DNA from: Eledone cirrhosa
Taxonomy: Eukaryota
Direction: 5' to 3'
Assembly (NCBI GenBank): GCA_964016885.1
Contig: OZ024756.1
Coordinates: 5,022,001-5,086,000, forward strand
DNA length: 64,000 nucleotides
Shown here piece after piece: positions 13,244 through 27,127 of this stretch. Made by a program: the position numbers and the translations under genes. Below the pieces are notes generated by a model. That model was not told the DNA's origin and searched no databases. It saw nothing but the letters and a program-made list of their open reading frames with translations. Within the stretch, counting starts at the first letter, position 1, and each line of letters opens with the position of its first letter.

Positions 13244-13328
13244 CACACACATACATACATACATATATATATATATACACATACATACATATATATATAT
13301 ATACACACACATACATACATATATATAT

Positions 13329-13382
<54 letters not shown>

Positions 13383-13440
13383 GTACATATATATATACAT
13401 ATATATATTATATATATATTATATATATGTGTATATATAT
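11915..13440. repeat. (TG)/(TATG)/(CA)/(TA) compound microsatellite with ~100-150 bp internal duplications
   Basis: Direct. Confidence 0.85.
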
Positions 13441-13864
13441 AAATACAAGCCCCATAAACAATGTTGCATATGATTGAATTTCATGTTTGTTGTCCAACAA
13501 TAAAGAAGGGAGACGAGACATAAAAGAAAGCAGGGAACGGTGTAAAAAAAAAAAAGGGAAACATATTTCGTGCTGGAACATTTGATGGTCAATACGGAGG
13601 GGAGACCGAAGACTAGGGCATGAAAGGAGAAGAAAGGAATTAAAGGGGAAATTAAAGGGGAAGAAATGAGGATTTAAGGAGCCAGGGGGCAGGGGTTGGA
13701 AGAATGTTTGTGGTTGTAAAGATATGAAGATATATATAAGAGTATATATTATATGATCTGACTGATAGTCGGGCAGATAGACTGTTAGGTGTTGGCGGAA
13801 GAGGTGTTGAGAATATATAATATATATATATTCAGGGAGTGTAACATGTAGTTACTGTAGGTTA

Positions 13865-13972
13865 TATATACATACGTATATATATATATATGTATGTATA
13901 TGTATGTATATATATATATATATGTATGTATATGTATGTATATGTATGTATATATATATACACACATATGAG

Positions 13973-14018
<46 letters not shown>

Positions 14019-14111
14019 TGAGTATATATATATATACACACATATGAGTATATATATATATATATATACACACATATGAGTATATATATATATATATATA
14101 TAAAAATATGA

Positions 14112-14152
<41 letters not shown>

Positions 14153-14220
14153 TAAGAGTATATATATATACATACACACATAAGAGTATATATATATATA
14201 TATATACACACACATATGAG

Positions 14221-14262
<42 letters not shown>

Positions 14263-14329
14263 TGTGTATGTGTGCGTCTCTTTTTATTTTATATATATAT
14301 ATACATATATGCATATATATATACATATA

Positions 14330-14403
<74 letters not shown>

Positions 14404-14427
14404 TATATATATATATATATATATATA

Positions 14428-14467
<40 letters not shown>

Positions 14468-14475
14468 TATATATA

Positions 14476-14513
<38 letters not shown>

Positions 14514-14782
14514 TATATATATATATATATGCATATATGCATATATATATATATATATATGCATATATATATATATATATGCATATATATATATATATAT
14601 ATATGCATATATATATATATATATATATATGCATATATATATATATATATGCATATATGCATATATGCATATATATATATATATATATGCATATATATAT
14701 ATATATATATGCATATATATATATATATATATGCATATATATATATATATATATATGCATATATATATATATATATATATAT
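13865..14782. repeat. (TA)n tract with periodic GC / GAG interruptions
   Basis: Direct. Confidence 0.9.
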
Positions 14783-14949
14783 AAGTTTAACCCCGACGGC
14801 AGAGCTGAAGCCGTTTCGAGAAATAGCCGTCGAAACGGCTTGAGCTCTGCCGTCGGGTCATACTTTTTCCTATTACCCACTCTACTACCCCAGTTATTGA
14901 GTACTCTGGTGCGTTATTGTCCATCTGGTTCCTTACCACACCTCTTTCG

Positions 14950-14952
<3 letters not shown>
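14783..14952 (+). mobile_element. Palindromic mini-element family C in (TA)n
   Basis: accccgacggcagagc…gccgtttcga / gtcGAAACggcttgagctctgccGTCggg; same tail as 60296, 60876 and 63407. Confidence 0.78.
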
Positions 14953-14984
<32 letters not shown>

Positions 14985-14986
<2 letters not shown>

Positions 14987-15227
14987 CAAGTGAGCTTTTT
15001 GTTACAAAATGAAAGATAACCGATGTGTCCTACACGAGGGAAAGTATAAAGAAAACAAGATGAAATCGAAAATGCAACTGGAGTCTTATTTTAATTAAAA
15101 TATATATATTTATTTGGTTCCTTTACCGGTTTCGCAGTTCTTCTGCTTTTCAAAAGTAGAGTTGAGATGGAGGGTCTGTGGTTATTCTCACATCTGTGAG
15201 AAAAACCACAGGGGTTAAACTTTTTCC

Positions 15228-15228
<1 letters not shown>
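14985..15228 (-). mobile_element. TA-flanked mini-element with minimal hammerhead variant (15120-15157)
   Basis: Minus strand: ctt TTGAAAA gcag aagaa ctgc GAAAC cg GTA aag, followed by aaataaa. Confidence 0.55.
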
Positions 15229-15258
<30 letters not shown>

Positions 15259-15282
15259 GTGTGTGTGTGTGTATATACATAT

Positions 15283-15337
<55 letters not shown>

Positions 15338-15342
<5 letters not shown>

Positions 15343-15517
15343 ATACTTGGGGAGGGTCATATTTGTGTAATATTGCCAGAATTAATAACAGAACACACTC
15401 ACTGTTTGGTTGGTTTTCGCTTTTCGCTTCTGTGTCTTTTATATCGGTAATCTAATTTATTCGGTCCTCAATATTGCCATTGACTGACCAACGGTCAAAA
15501 TAATACAGATTCAATAT
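15338..15517 (+). repeat. Dispersed repeat (inverted copy at ~49335-49503)
   Basis: ttgttatacttggggagggtcatatt…ttgccaga…cactcactgttt found as reverse complement at 49335-49503. Confidence 0.7.
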
Positions 15518-15556
15518 CTATATAAACTCTCTATCTATCTTTATGTCCGTCATCTA

Positions 15557-16860
15557 GCGTCCGTCATCTACTACCGCCTGACCGTAGTGCCCTGCCCAAG
15601 GGAAACCCTCACCAAGATGGAGCGCGCGCTCTTCCAATTCCTTTGGAAGAGGCGGGCTCCTATGGTGAGGAGATCCATCTGCTGTCAACACCCTTCGAAA
15701 GGAGGGCTGGGGATGCCGTGGCTAATGATGCGTAAACACGCATTAAGGCTACGGCACCTCTACGTATTCCTCACCGGACAACCGGTGTGGGCCTCGTTTG
15801 TGAGACGAACCTTTCCCAGACTCGTCTCACTCACCGAGCTGCAATCCTGGGTCAAGCAAAGACCGAGAAAACTGGGCGCCTGGCACACTGAGTGTGCCCA
15901 GGCGCTCACCGCCCTCTGGCAGGCGGATCCGGTTATCAGTGGAGACTCCACCGCAACATTCTATAGGGGGCTGGTACGCAGCAGGTGCGACGACGCCCTC
16001 GGAGAAGCCCTAGACATGGAGGAGGACGAACTGGCCAGCCTGTTCGGTAGGACATTCAGCCCGGGACCTATGGACAACTTCCAGAAGTCCCTGGCCTGGC
16101 AGTGCTACCGAGGGGCTTTACCCGTTCGAGAAAGGCTCTACAGACACGGGCGCCCGGGTAGGGACCCCGCCAAAAAGATCTGTCCCAGATGCGTGTGCGA
16201 CGAGGAAACCGTTGCACACGCATTAGTACACTGCTCGGGCGTAGCCGATCTGTGGGGCTATGTCGAACAACTGCTGTCAAGGGTGGGACCGATCCGGTTG
16301 ACCACCGAGTCTATTGTAATGATCAAGCCGCCTCCTCCCTTCAAAGATGAAGCAGAGGCGGTGTTTCTGTGCGTAATAGCCATGGCGAAAGAGGTTGTAT
16401 GGTGGACGCGTCTGAAAGGACTGAGGTCGGGCACCTTTCTCTCTGGCCAACAACTGGTCCGTTTCTTCCGATATCATTTCGGAAGAAGGATCAGGATGGA
16501 GAGAGAGGTGCTGCACCCCAGCCGTTTCTATGAAAGATGGGTGAAAGTGGCGAGAATGGCCCGTGTGAATGGGCCTTCACTCTACATCAGACTATAGGTG
16601 AGGAAGATGAAAGACCAAGGGAGCACCCCTTCTCTGTGCTCCTGAGGAGAAGGGTTGCAACTTTTTTCGGGGGTGTGTGCGACCCCCCAAGGCGCCTCCT
16701 CTCTATTGAGGATTTTGTTAAAAATTTTATTTTTTGTTATATCTTATTTTATTTTTATATTTTGTTATTGCCTCCTCCTTATTGAGGACGCCTTTTTGTG
16801 TAAACTCCCCCCTTTGTACTTGTCCCACTTTTGATGCCCTAGTGGCAAATAAAAGAAATA
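15557..16860 (+). mobile_element. 5'-truncated L1/Tx1-type LINE; intact 336-aa C-terminal ORF 15587-16597 (zf-RVT region) plus 3' UTR
   Basis: FQFLWK…GGLG…CPRC…ETVAHALVHC motifs typical of L1/Tx1 ORF2 C-termini; AATAAA end followed by tatctatct. Confidence 0.9.
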
Positions 16861-16889
16861 TATCTATCTTTATGTCCTCTTCACGCATG

Positions 16890-17152
<263 letters not shown>

Positions 17153-17725
17153 CATCATCATCATTTTACGACCGCTTTTCCCAGCTTGCATACACACATA
17201 TATATATACACATGAATACGTATATATATATATATATACAGATATATACATGCATACATATATGTATGTGAGAGAGAGAGAGAGGCTGTCATAGAGATAG
17301 TGAGAGAGAGAAAGGGGGGAAAATCTATGAACGTTTTTTGATAAAATTAGAGAGAACGAGAGGTAAAACTGGGGGGAGAGAGAGACGGGGGTGGGTAAAA
17401 CTGGGGAGAGAGAGAGGAGGGTGTATGACTGATTAAACAGATCAGAGAGAGATATGCTATCAAGACAGGATAAAAGGTGGTGGTGGGGACGGGTGGAGTT
17501 TATGAATGACAACCTGCTAGAGTTAGTAGATATCGTGTTCTGAAGGAACTCCACAAATGAACCCCCACCTTATAGACTGACTTGAGCCCACAAGATATTT
17601 TATAACGTGCCATCACCGGCCTGGTGGCTCCAGGAAATACAGATAGATAACTTACTTTGATAGATAGATAGATAGATATATTTTAGATAGATAGATAGCT
17701 TGATAGATAGATAGATAGATAGCTT

Positions 17726-17762
<37 letters not shown>

Positions 17763-18104
17763 TAGATAGAGATAAATAGAGAGAGAGAGTGTGTGTGTGT
17801 GTGTGTGAGAGATCGTTTTGCAAGATCGTTAACAGAACAGCTGTTGTATGTATGGATTGGAAGAGGTGATGGGAAGTGAAAGAGGATGAGAAGAGATCCT
17901 TACGTCAGCTGAACATTTGTTGGGTCCCTTCTGTCTCTCTCTGTGTCCTATTACCTTTCCATAAAAAGGGATTAGTCATCATCAGCTATAGACGGGATGA
18001 AGAGTTTATCCGACGCCGTCGTCTACACTGCAAACATAAATTCCTTGACGCGGCCAAACGAACGAACGAACGGACGGACGGACTGATTACAAAGTAGCAA
18101 TGGG

Positions 18105-19075
18105 TTGCTGGGATGGTTGGATGGTGAGGATGGTGAGGATGGTAGGATGGTGAGGATGGTAGGATGGTGAGGATGGTAGGATGGTGAGGATAAGGGGGCT
18201 GGTTAGCTACATAGAGGTCAGTGTTTGAGGGAGAGTGATGGGACGGAGTAGAAAGACTGAGAGAGATAGAGAGAGAGAGAGTGGGAGAGGCAGGGAGAGA
18301 TGGGAAGAGAAAGATTGTGAGAGAGAAAGTGAGAAGGAAAAATAAAACGAGAGAAAGAGCAATAGAGAGAGATAGAAAGAGACTGGGGGAGAGGGAGATA
18401 GAACGAGAGAGAGAGAGAAAGCGAGAGGGAGAGAGTGGGAGAGAAAGAGACTGGGGGAGAGGGAGAGAGAGAGACTGGTGGAGAGAGAGAGACACGTAGG
18501 GGGGAGAGACTGATCGGCTACTTTTAAAGCTGGAAATTTAAAATAAATAACCCGAGCAGCCATTAGTAAAAATGTAATGTAATGAATTATTGTAAATGGA
18601 AGTATTTTATGTGGTGGGATGACATATAGGGACATGATAAGAGAGAGGGGGAGGGTGTTAGAGAGGGAGGGAGGGTTGTGTGAGAGGGAGGGAGGGTGTG
18701 AGAGAGGGAGGGTTGTGTGAATGAGGAAGAGGGTGTGTGTGAGAGAGGGAGGGTTGTGTGAGAGAGGGAGGGAGGGTTGTGTGGGAGGAAGAGGGTGTGT
18801 GTAAGAGAGAGGGAGGGTGTGAGAGAGAGGGAGGGTTGTGTGAGAGAGGAAGAGGGTGTGTGAGAGAGGGAGGGAGGGTTGTGTGAGAGAGGAAGAGGGT
18901 GTGTGAGGGGGGGGGGGTTGTGTGAGAGGAAGAGGGTGTGAGAGGGGGGAGGGTTGTGTGAGAGAGGAAGAGGGTGTGAGAGAGGAAGAGGGTGTGAGAG
19001 AGAGGGATGGAGGGTTGTGTGAGAGGAAGAGGGAGGGTGTGAGAGAGGAAGAGGGTGAGGGTGTGAGAGAAAGTG
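18105..19075. repeat. GGAT / GA / GAGGGTGTG low-complexity minisatellites
   Basis: Direct. Confidence 0.8.
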
Positions 19076-19844
19076 GGGACAGAAGATAGATCAGATAAAA
19101 AGACAGTCCGCAATTACACATACATATATATACATATATTGAAAACACTACACACACACTACATATGTATAAAACACCCTACACACACACACACACACGC
19201 ACATATAAAATACCCTACACACACACACATATATATATACATACATACATACCTTTATACATACATGTAAAGACAAACTTACCGACTATGTTTGGGAGAT
19301 AGATAGCCTGACCGAGAGACAAAAAGACGAGACTATAGAGACAGAATAGAGCTTATCTAACTTCATATAATTAAATCAAAGATCAATCGTAATCCAGTAT
19401 ATTATTGATCAGAAATATCGATAGAGTGTCGGGTGGAATCCTTTGTGGTATTTAGTTCGATTCTCTGTGTTCGATTCTCTGTGTTCATTCTCGATGTGGC
19501 CAAATTTGCTTCACAACATTTTACGGTCGATAAATAAAGTACTTCTGCAGAACTGTTCTCGATTCTTCTCTCTCGATTTTGTTCTGATCGTGTTGGATTT
19601 GAAAAAAAACCCTTGTAGAATTGGTCAATACCTCTTTTACTGTATCTGTTCCGGAAGGATGAAATGCAAAGTTAATCTCACAGGTATTTGAACTCAGGAT
19701 TCAATAGCCAGAAGGAATACTGCAAACTATTTTGTTTGACGTTTTGATATTTCTGCCAGCTGAGAGCCCTAACGCTGTCTGATCACTGCTTCCTGTTTAC
19801 TGAAGTTTTTCCGGAAATAACATATTTCAAATTCTACAGTCAAT

Positions 19845-20135
19845 TGAGGCGGCGAATCAGCAGAGTCATTAGAACGTCAGATAGAATGCTATGGTATTTG
19901 TTTCTGCTTTCTGCTCTCTCAGTTCAAATCCCACAGAGATCAACTTTGCCTTTCAACCATTCAAGGTCGATAGAAGAAACACCAGTCTAGTACTCGGGTC
20001 AATTCTTCCTCTATATCTTTTTCTCCTTTTCATTCTCTTTCTCTGAAAGAAATCTGGTGTATTCAGACCTGGAGAAAAATAGGCGCCGCCAGGTTTAAGA
20101 AAGCTCTAGAAACGGCGCATGTCAATACGAGGCCC
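19845..20135 (+). mobile_element. Diverged SINE-A with an extra 3' segment (also at 23780-24085 on -)
   Basis: agttcaaatccc…aactttgcctttc followed by tcttcctctatatc…cagacctggaga…ctagaaacg; reverse complement at 23780-23912. Confidence 0.6.
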
Positions 20136-20369
20136 CAATGATTCCCTCAAGTTTTACGGGACCACACGCGCGCACACATACACACACACGTAAACACACA
20201 CACACGTACACGCACACACACACAGTGTGTTAATGAAAGCTGCGAATACAATAAGGAGAGATATTCGGGTAAAATGCGGGAACGAGACTTATAGCAATTT
20301 TCTAAACTTCTTTAGTAAATTAATGATAACGGGGATAACAATTGGGGCTACACTGTACAGGGAAGACAC

Positions 20370-20427
<58 letters not shown>

Positions 20428-21135
20428 TAGTTAATGAGCTCATATACATCACAAGGCCTCTCTAAATTTCAAAATCGAGGTTCCACTGGCGGCATTTTGT
20501 CGATTTGCATAACACTATGTGTGAGTCCATAACAAAATTCCAGATACCAAAGAAGCTTCGCTTGACCTAGAACTTTAGCACCATTAAAAAGACAATATCC
20601 TCGGCGTGCCCTTGGGTTAGATGTTCGGATTCGATATTTTACAATATCTATTTGAATAATTTGTGATAAGATTTTACAGTCGTCCATTTATTTAACAGCT
20701 AAGCTTAATGTTAACCTTATAAGCAGTTACTTCCACATATGCTCATAAACATAAGCATACACAATGGAGATATCGAGATAAGCGAATCTATTCATTAATC
20801 GCTAATGTATGTGTATGTTTTTTTATGTGAATACATTCGAGTTTGTTCGTATGACATTTACACAACTATGCAATTTGTTATAAACTTATCATGTTGAATA
20901 TTTAACATTTTTGTGCATCTTGGGAAATACATTACTTTACCTTCCAGACAAATAAGTCTACTTTATGATTTCATCAGTAAGAAGCAGGATTGTCGTTATT
21001 AAACTATTTATTTAACTCGTTTATAAGTAGCTTAGCAGAACGTAACATTTATAATAAATATATAAAAATAGATTTGTAATAAATTTGCAATATAATTTTA
21101 GTAACAGTAAAGATGATAGATTGAATTCACTCACA

Positions 21136-21500
21136 TTGGACGCCATGCTTTGACGTATAGAGTTACGGCCCTTGCCATTCTGAGTTCAAATCCCGCCGAG
21201 GTTAACTTTGCCTTTCATCCTTACGGGGTTGATAAAATAAAGTACCAGTAATACACTGGGTAATTGCTGGCCTTGTGCCAAAACTAGAAACAATTATTGC
21301 AATAGGACGGTGGATTGGCAGTATCGGTAGAGGGTCGGACGCCATGCTTTGAAGCATAGAGTTACGTCCCTTTACGACCTGAGTTCAAATCCCGCCGAGG
21401 TTGACTTTGCCTTTCATCCTTACGGGGTCGATGAAATAAAGTACCAGTAATGTACTGGGTAATTGCTGGCCTTGTGCCTAAAGTAGAAACAATTATTGCA
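21136..21500 (+). mobile_element. Two tandem SINE-A copies
   Basis: Direct similarity to 8166-8360. Confidence 0.85.
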
Positions 21501-21584
21501 ATTGTGTGTGGTTATGGTTGTTTAACCACGGATAGGAACACCGTCAGGTAGACCGTACCTCTAACTGAAAGAGGAAAAGGCTAG

Positions 21585-21800
21585 ACTTCTTCATCTTCTT
21601 CTTCTTCTGCTTGAGAGGACCGTGGAGGGACAGAGTCCTCAACACTCCTTCCAGCGAGTCATGTCAGAAGCAACTGTCTCCAACTGATCCGGCTGGATCT
21701 CCTGAGCGAGACCAGCCAAGCTCACGAATGTCATCCAACCCTCAATTCGGGATCTACCGCTGGGTCTCCTGCCGATTGGTTTTGCCTGTAAAATCTGCCC
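21585..21800 (-). mobile_element. RTE-clade LINE 3' fragment
   Basis: GQILQAKPIGRRPSGRSR…QLETVASDMTRWKEC resembles the RTE C-terminus (GxRxxGRPxxRWxD…AxDRxxW); (GAA)n tail; second copy at 25240. Confidence 0.7.
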
Positions 21801-21951
21801 CGCTATTTCGTTCCTGAGACATTCTAACCACATGCCTAGACTTCTCCTACATACTGTGCAACGTTGAATCATCCCGAGAATTACGCTAAAAGCGTTCGTG
21901 TTTGTGGAATGCTCAGCCACTTACACGTTAATTTCATGAGCAAGCAGCAAG

Positions 21952-22040
21952 TATTGGGCCATCAAGTATGAAGTTTGTAGAAATTTTTTTTATTTTTTTT
22001 TTATTTTTTTTTTACAAATTTCATACTTGACGACCCAATA
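21952..22040. mobile_element. Tc1/mariner-like MITE (~90 bp) inserted in a SINE fragment
   Basis: TA-ttgggccatcaagtatgaagtttgta … tacaaatttcatacttgacgacccaa-TA; ~28-bp TIRs with TA duplication. Confidence 0.65.
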
Positions 22041-24121
22041 GTTTGTTTCGTTGATCAAACAACTGAAACATTTATTGTCGAAACCAACGGAGGCCCATTG
22101 TTATATATATATATTTGATACATCACTTGTACTAAGATACATTCTCCAGTTTTCAAGCTGAGTATTTTCCACCAGGACAAATATGTACAAAGTAAATACT
22201 GCCATTTTCCTGGCATTATCATATGTTAGGCTTTTATCAAAAGAACTAATGGAAAATCCGTATTCCTTTTTATTTACAGTACTTAATACTTACTTTCCTC
22301 TTTTACTTTACAAGCGAACTTGTGTATTTTTCTTCAGCTGACCGCTTTTATGACCTCACACAACCACCATATAATACTTCCATATAGAAACTGACTTTCC
22401 TTTTAACATTTAAAATCCCGTGTCACATGAAACTACATTAGCCAGGCATTCTTGGAAAACAACAACAAACAACCAAATAGAACTATGACTGCATTACATA
22501 AAAAATATTGCCTTTAATTTACTGCAAAGTTTTCACAACAGTCTGTCCACTAGTAAATACATTATAAATATTTGAATTAACAAACCCGTTAGATATTTTC
22601 TCGATTGTAAATCGTGACTCAAACACCTTTGCTACTAAGTCACGTACCTTCGCGGTGAGATTGACAAACATACATATACAAACATATATGTACATATACA
22701 TATAAATTTATACACGTATGCATGCTCTCTCAACCAGCGTAGTCTTTCTAGATTGTATTTTATATACAAAAGAAAATTAAGCAGTTAAATGCAGCTTAAA
22801 ACCAAATAGATAATGCTATTGTGTCGTGAAGAGAATTCTAATGTGAGAATCTTCCCAGCACATTAAAAGGTTCCAGTTTTAAGTGTATTTATTCGTTGTC
22901 CAACTGATTAGAGATTCCTTCCGTTTCTAATGGTTACAACTCCACTAATGTCTTCACAGTGTATCTCTTACCATTTTCAACGAACCCTTTCTTATGATCT
23001 TCACTCTCCACTGATTAGAATTCAGGTTGCGTCACCACCACCAGCACCACCAGCACTACCACCACCACTAACACCACCACCACCGCCATCATCATCATAA
23101 ACCATCTCTTATTTGATACTTCCCACAAATTCTCCTTCAGTCAACCCTTCTCTTTCTCTATGATAACTATCACTGTCTTTGGATAGTTAAAAGCAAGGAA
23201 ATTGACCAGTATTAATCAAGCTCAAATTTCTTGTTCTTGAAAGAGAGCGAGAGAGAGTTGGAGAATTGAAACCTATTTTATACTTTCTCTAGAGAGCACT
23301 GCAAGCTTAAGTCGAGTGACTTTACCCCAATACCGAATCTTGTAGTTTTAGTTACTATAGTCATTCATTATTCCAAATATTAGTTTCCATTGAGTAAGCA
23401 GACGACCAAATTTGCAAGGCAGGAGGATAGGGAGTCAATTAAATTGATCCCAGAATATAATTGGTAAATATTTTATCAACCTTCAGCTATATATGAATTC
23501 AGAAGCATACAGCATAGAACCAAATAGTGTGTAGTATTCATTATGACTGTCTCTTATCTCGCAATCTCCTCTCACTTATCTTGTGGTCTTAGTTCATTTT
23601 ATCCTCAATAATAGTTACCATTGACTGAATTAGTCTTACTACAGTTGGAGGTAAAACGCTCAAAGTTGAGCTCGGCGAAATTTGAGCTGTGAACGCAGAG
23701 TTTATCCTAGGTTCAATTCAACGCTAATACTGCAATTTCATGTATGGTCCTGTAACACCTGAGGGAGTCGAAGGGGTGTCATATTGACATACGGCGTTTC
23801 TAGGGCATTTTTAAACAATAGCAGAACCCATCTCCTCTCCAGGTCTGTATACAGTAGATTTCTTCCAGAGAAGGATAGAGAGAATGGAAGTAAGAAAGAG
23901 ATATAGAGGAAGAAATTACCCCAGCACTTGATTCTTACTTTTTTTTATCGACCATACCATGAATGGATGAAACGTAAAGTTGACTTCAGCAGGATTTGAA
24001 CTCTGAGAGCAGAGAACCGGGACGAATATCGCAAATCATTCTATCTGACGTTATAGCAACTCTGCAATTTCACCGCCTTAATACAACAATTACTACTGTT
24101 ATATATATACATATATACATG

Positions 24122-24330
24122 TTAAGGTGTGTGGCTGATTTGTTAGAGAACTGGATTAGCAATCGTGAGTTGTCAGTTCGACTCCTGGACCGGGCGATGC
24201 GTTATGTCCTTGAGCAAGACACTTTATTTCCCGTTGATCTTTCTACCTGGAGTTGCGACCGATAGATAATATTAGCAAGTGGAAAGACCAACGGAAAGAT
24301 TATTTCCTCGGTCCGATTTGACGAAAGTCG
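24122..24330 (+). mobile_element. SINE-B copy
   Basis: Similar to 7822-8020. Confidence 0.8.
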
Positions 24331-24629
24331 ATCGACATATATACATTCTTAATGCCGCTATTGTTTGTGCTGCTGTTACTATTACAACTGATTTTTCCCG
24401 CTGAAGAAAGATGTTTGCGTTGAATAAGTTCTCACGACAGGAAACAGATGCATTTGTGTATCTTTTTCTGCGTTTTGGCCCGTGTCAGAATACAAATAAT
24501 AATAATAAAAAGCGAGATGAGAACTTGCTAAGCTGCAGAGTTCTTGACGTACGTTGAACTCTGTCATATGTTGAGAAATTGTTCTGACAAGCTCAGTAAA
24601 TATTTGACAGCGGCGAGTAATATATTTTA

Positions 24630-24852
24630 TATAATTGTTTCTACACTTGGCACAAGGCTAGCGATTTGATGGGAGGGGAAAGTCAATTAAATCGGCCCCA
24701 GTGTATTACTAATGCTTTATTTTATCAACCCCGTATGGATGAAAGGCAAAGTTAACCTCAGCTGGATTTGAAATCAGAACGTTAAGTACCGTAACTCTAT
24801 GCCACAAATCATATTTTCCGGCGCTCTACCGATTTTGTCAATCCACCGCCCA
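24630..24852 (-). mobile_element. SINE-A copy
   Basis: Reverse complement of SINE-A. Confidence 0.8.
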
Positions 24853-25237
24853 AGTATATTTTATATAATAAGAAGGATTGAAATAAATTCTTAAAGCGAA
24901 AAAATACTGGATTTTACGAAGTTTCAATTTATTAAAAGTAATGGACGGTGTTGCCCTGGTTAAGAGAAATTATCAGAAAAAAAGTATCATATTCTCCTTG
25001 AAAAGAAGTGCCTCCATGGAATATTCCAGTTGCTTCGGAGAAAAGCTGTAGTCCACATGTGGTGGATCTCCACTTGTTTCGATAATGTGTGTATCAGTCG
25101 ATGGATCAAGAGAACTGCCTATTGGTGAAATTACCGTGAATGTGGCTGAGTATACCTCAAACGCAGGCCTCTTTAACGTACCTGCTACTGTGATTCAGTG
25201 TGACAATTGAGTGAAAATGCTTGCCCTTTGAATTGCT

Positions 25238-25450
25238 GGACAGATTTTACGGGCAAAACTAACCGGCAGGAGACATCGGGGTAGACCCCGAACAAGATGG
25301 TTGGATAACATTCATGTATTCGGCTGGTGTCACTTGGGGATCCAGTCGGATCAATTGGAGTCGGTTGCTTCTGACACGACCCACTAGAAGGAGTATTTGA
25401 GGACTCTGCTGCCACGACCCTCTCAGAAATAAGTAGCCGAAGAAAAAGAA
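25238..25450 (+). mobile_element. RTE-clade LINE 3' fragment
   Basis: QILRAKLTGRRHRGRPRTRWLDNIHVFGWCHLGIQSDQLESVASDTTH*. Confidence 0.75.
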
Positions 25451-25744
25451 CGTTCCCTTCATTTAGTTTCGACTTATCTACCAAATATTCCCCCATACCC
25501 CTTCACTGAAACATTGGATGACGTAGTTTTAAATAAAACGGGATAATCATGGTGTACCACCATTGACCATAGTTCTATATGCTCAGAGATGATCAGAAGC
25601 TAACAAATTGCCACATTTTATTTTATTTCATAGGAAAAACAATTCTGGAGTGTGTTTCGTATCTTATATCGTTTCACTTCTGTCTAAGAATAAAATTCTT
25701 TGAAAGAGTTGATCATCCTGGAAGAAATAAATAAAAAGGAACGA

Positions 25745-25958
25745 TCGACTTTTCGTCAAATCGGACTGAGGGAACAATGTTTCCGTTGGTCTTTCCAATT
25801 GCTAATACTATCTATCGGTCGCAACTCCAGGTAGAAGGAGCAACGTGAAATAAAGTGTCTTGCTCAAGGACATAACGCATCGCCTGGTCCAGGAATCGAA
25901 CTCACAACCTTACGATTGCGAATCCAATTCTCTAACCACTCAGTCACACGCCTTCACG
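25745..25958 (-). mobile_element. SINE-B copy
   Basis: Reverse complement with A/B boxes and CORE-like segment. Confidence 0.8.
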
Positions 25959-25993
25959 AAATAAATAAAAGGCAACATAAACACGAATTAAAA

Positions 25994-26188
25994 TACGAGG
26001 ATTGACTGAATAGTTCATAGGCTGACTAGGGGGGAGTGATGCTAGGGATGTGAAATCTTACATGCATTAATTTCAATTCTAACAACTGTATTGTTTCTTT
26101 TGATGGACTATGTGTTAAAATAAACCTCATTTGGACATTCCATGAGAGTATCTTGGTCAACATAGGGACCTTTCATTCTGCCTTCATA
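25994..26188. mobile_element. Degenerate mariner-like MITE
   Basis: tacgaggattgactgaatagttcataggctgac … gtcaacatagggacctttcattctgccttcata: imperfect TIRs with TA ends. Confidence 0.45.
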
Positions 26189-27127
26189 TAGTTTTCTTAA
26201 TTTTGATAGCAATCCACACAAAACCAACTTTGAATCTATGAAACAAAATCACTCATATTAAAGAATGTTTATGTAATTTAACATTTTCCAACATACTTTT
26301 ATATAAGAACCACATGTTAAGTTACTATTGTAGTAATTGAATTAATTAATATCTTTAGCAAATCCTTCTTTATTCTACCTTAGAAATACGGTCATGAAAG
26401 GTTTAATTATTGAAGATATTTGTAAGAGGATTGATAATTGATAGATGCAGAAGCAACCGCAAAAACACTGCACTCAACACCATACTTAAGAACATTTACG
26501 TCAGCACTTTAAGAAAAAAAAAGAAATTTTTTTGAGAAGGCATACATGAGATATTCTCATTTTGTATCTTTTACCCTCTTTCTGTCACCCTCTGCTTGTT
26601 CCTATACCTTTCCTATGCACACACGTCCTCTCAAATTTTCCTTCTCGCATCCATACACCTAAGAATGAATCACTTTATGGTTACGTGATATCGACTGTAT
26701 TTCCTATCAGAGATTGAGAAAGCTTTTCCTGCATTCCACTACTCACGTATTTACAGCTATACAGTTAGGAAAACAAAATCAAAAACGAACATTTCTCTTT
26801 CGTCATTGTTATAGAGAAATAAATCCATTTAACGACTGAAATCACTATCACTGTATTTCTTAGTGGAATGAGAGAGAGAGAAAGAAAAGCTGGTTCTAAT
26901 GTAAGAAGCCCAAACCAAACTGATAGAATGATTACATGCATCCATTTATAAAAGTGTAAAAAACCATACAAGATTGAGAAAGTCAATTTGTTTTATTCTA
27001 TTTAAACTCATATCATCACACAATTTCAAATAGTTTACTTGCCTTAGATTAAAACAAAATTTAGGAATATACATACAAGAATTAATTCCTTTATTCATGG
27101 CTATCAAACCTTCTTTTTTGGTATGAA

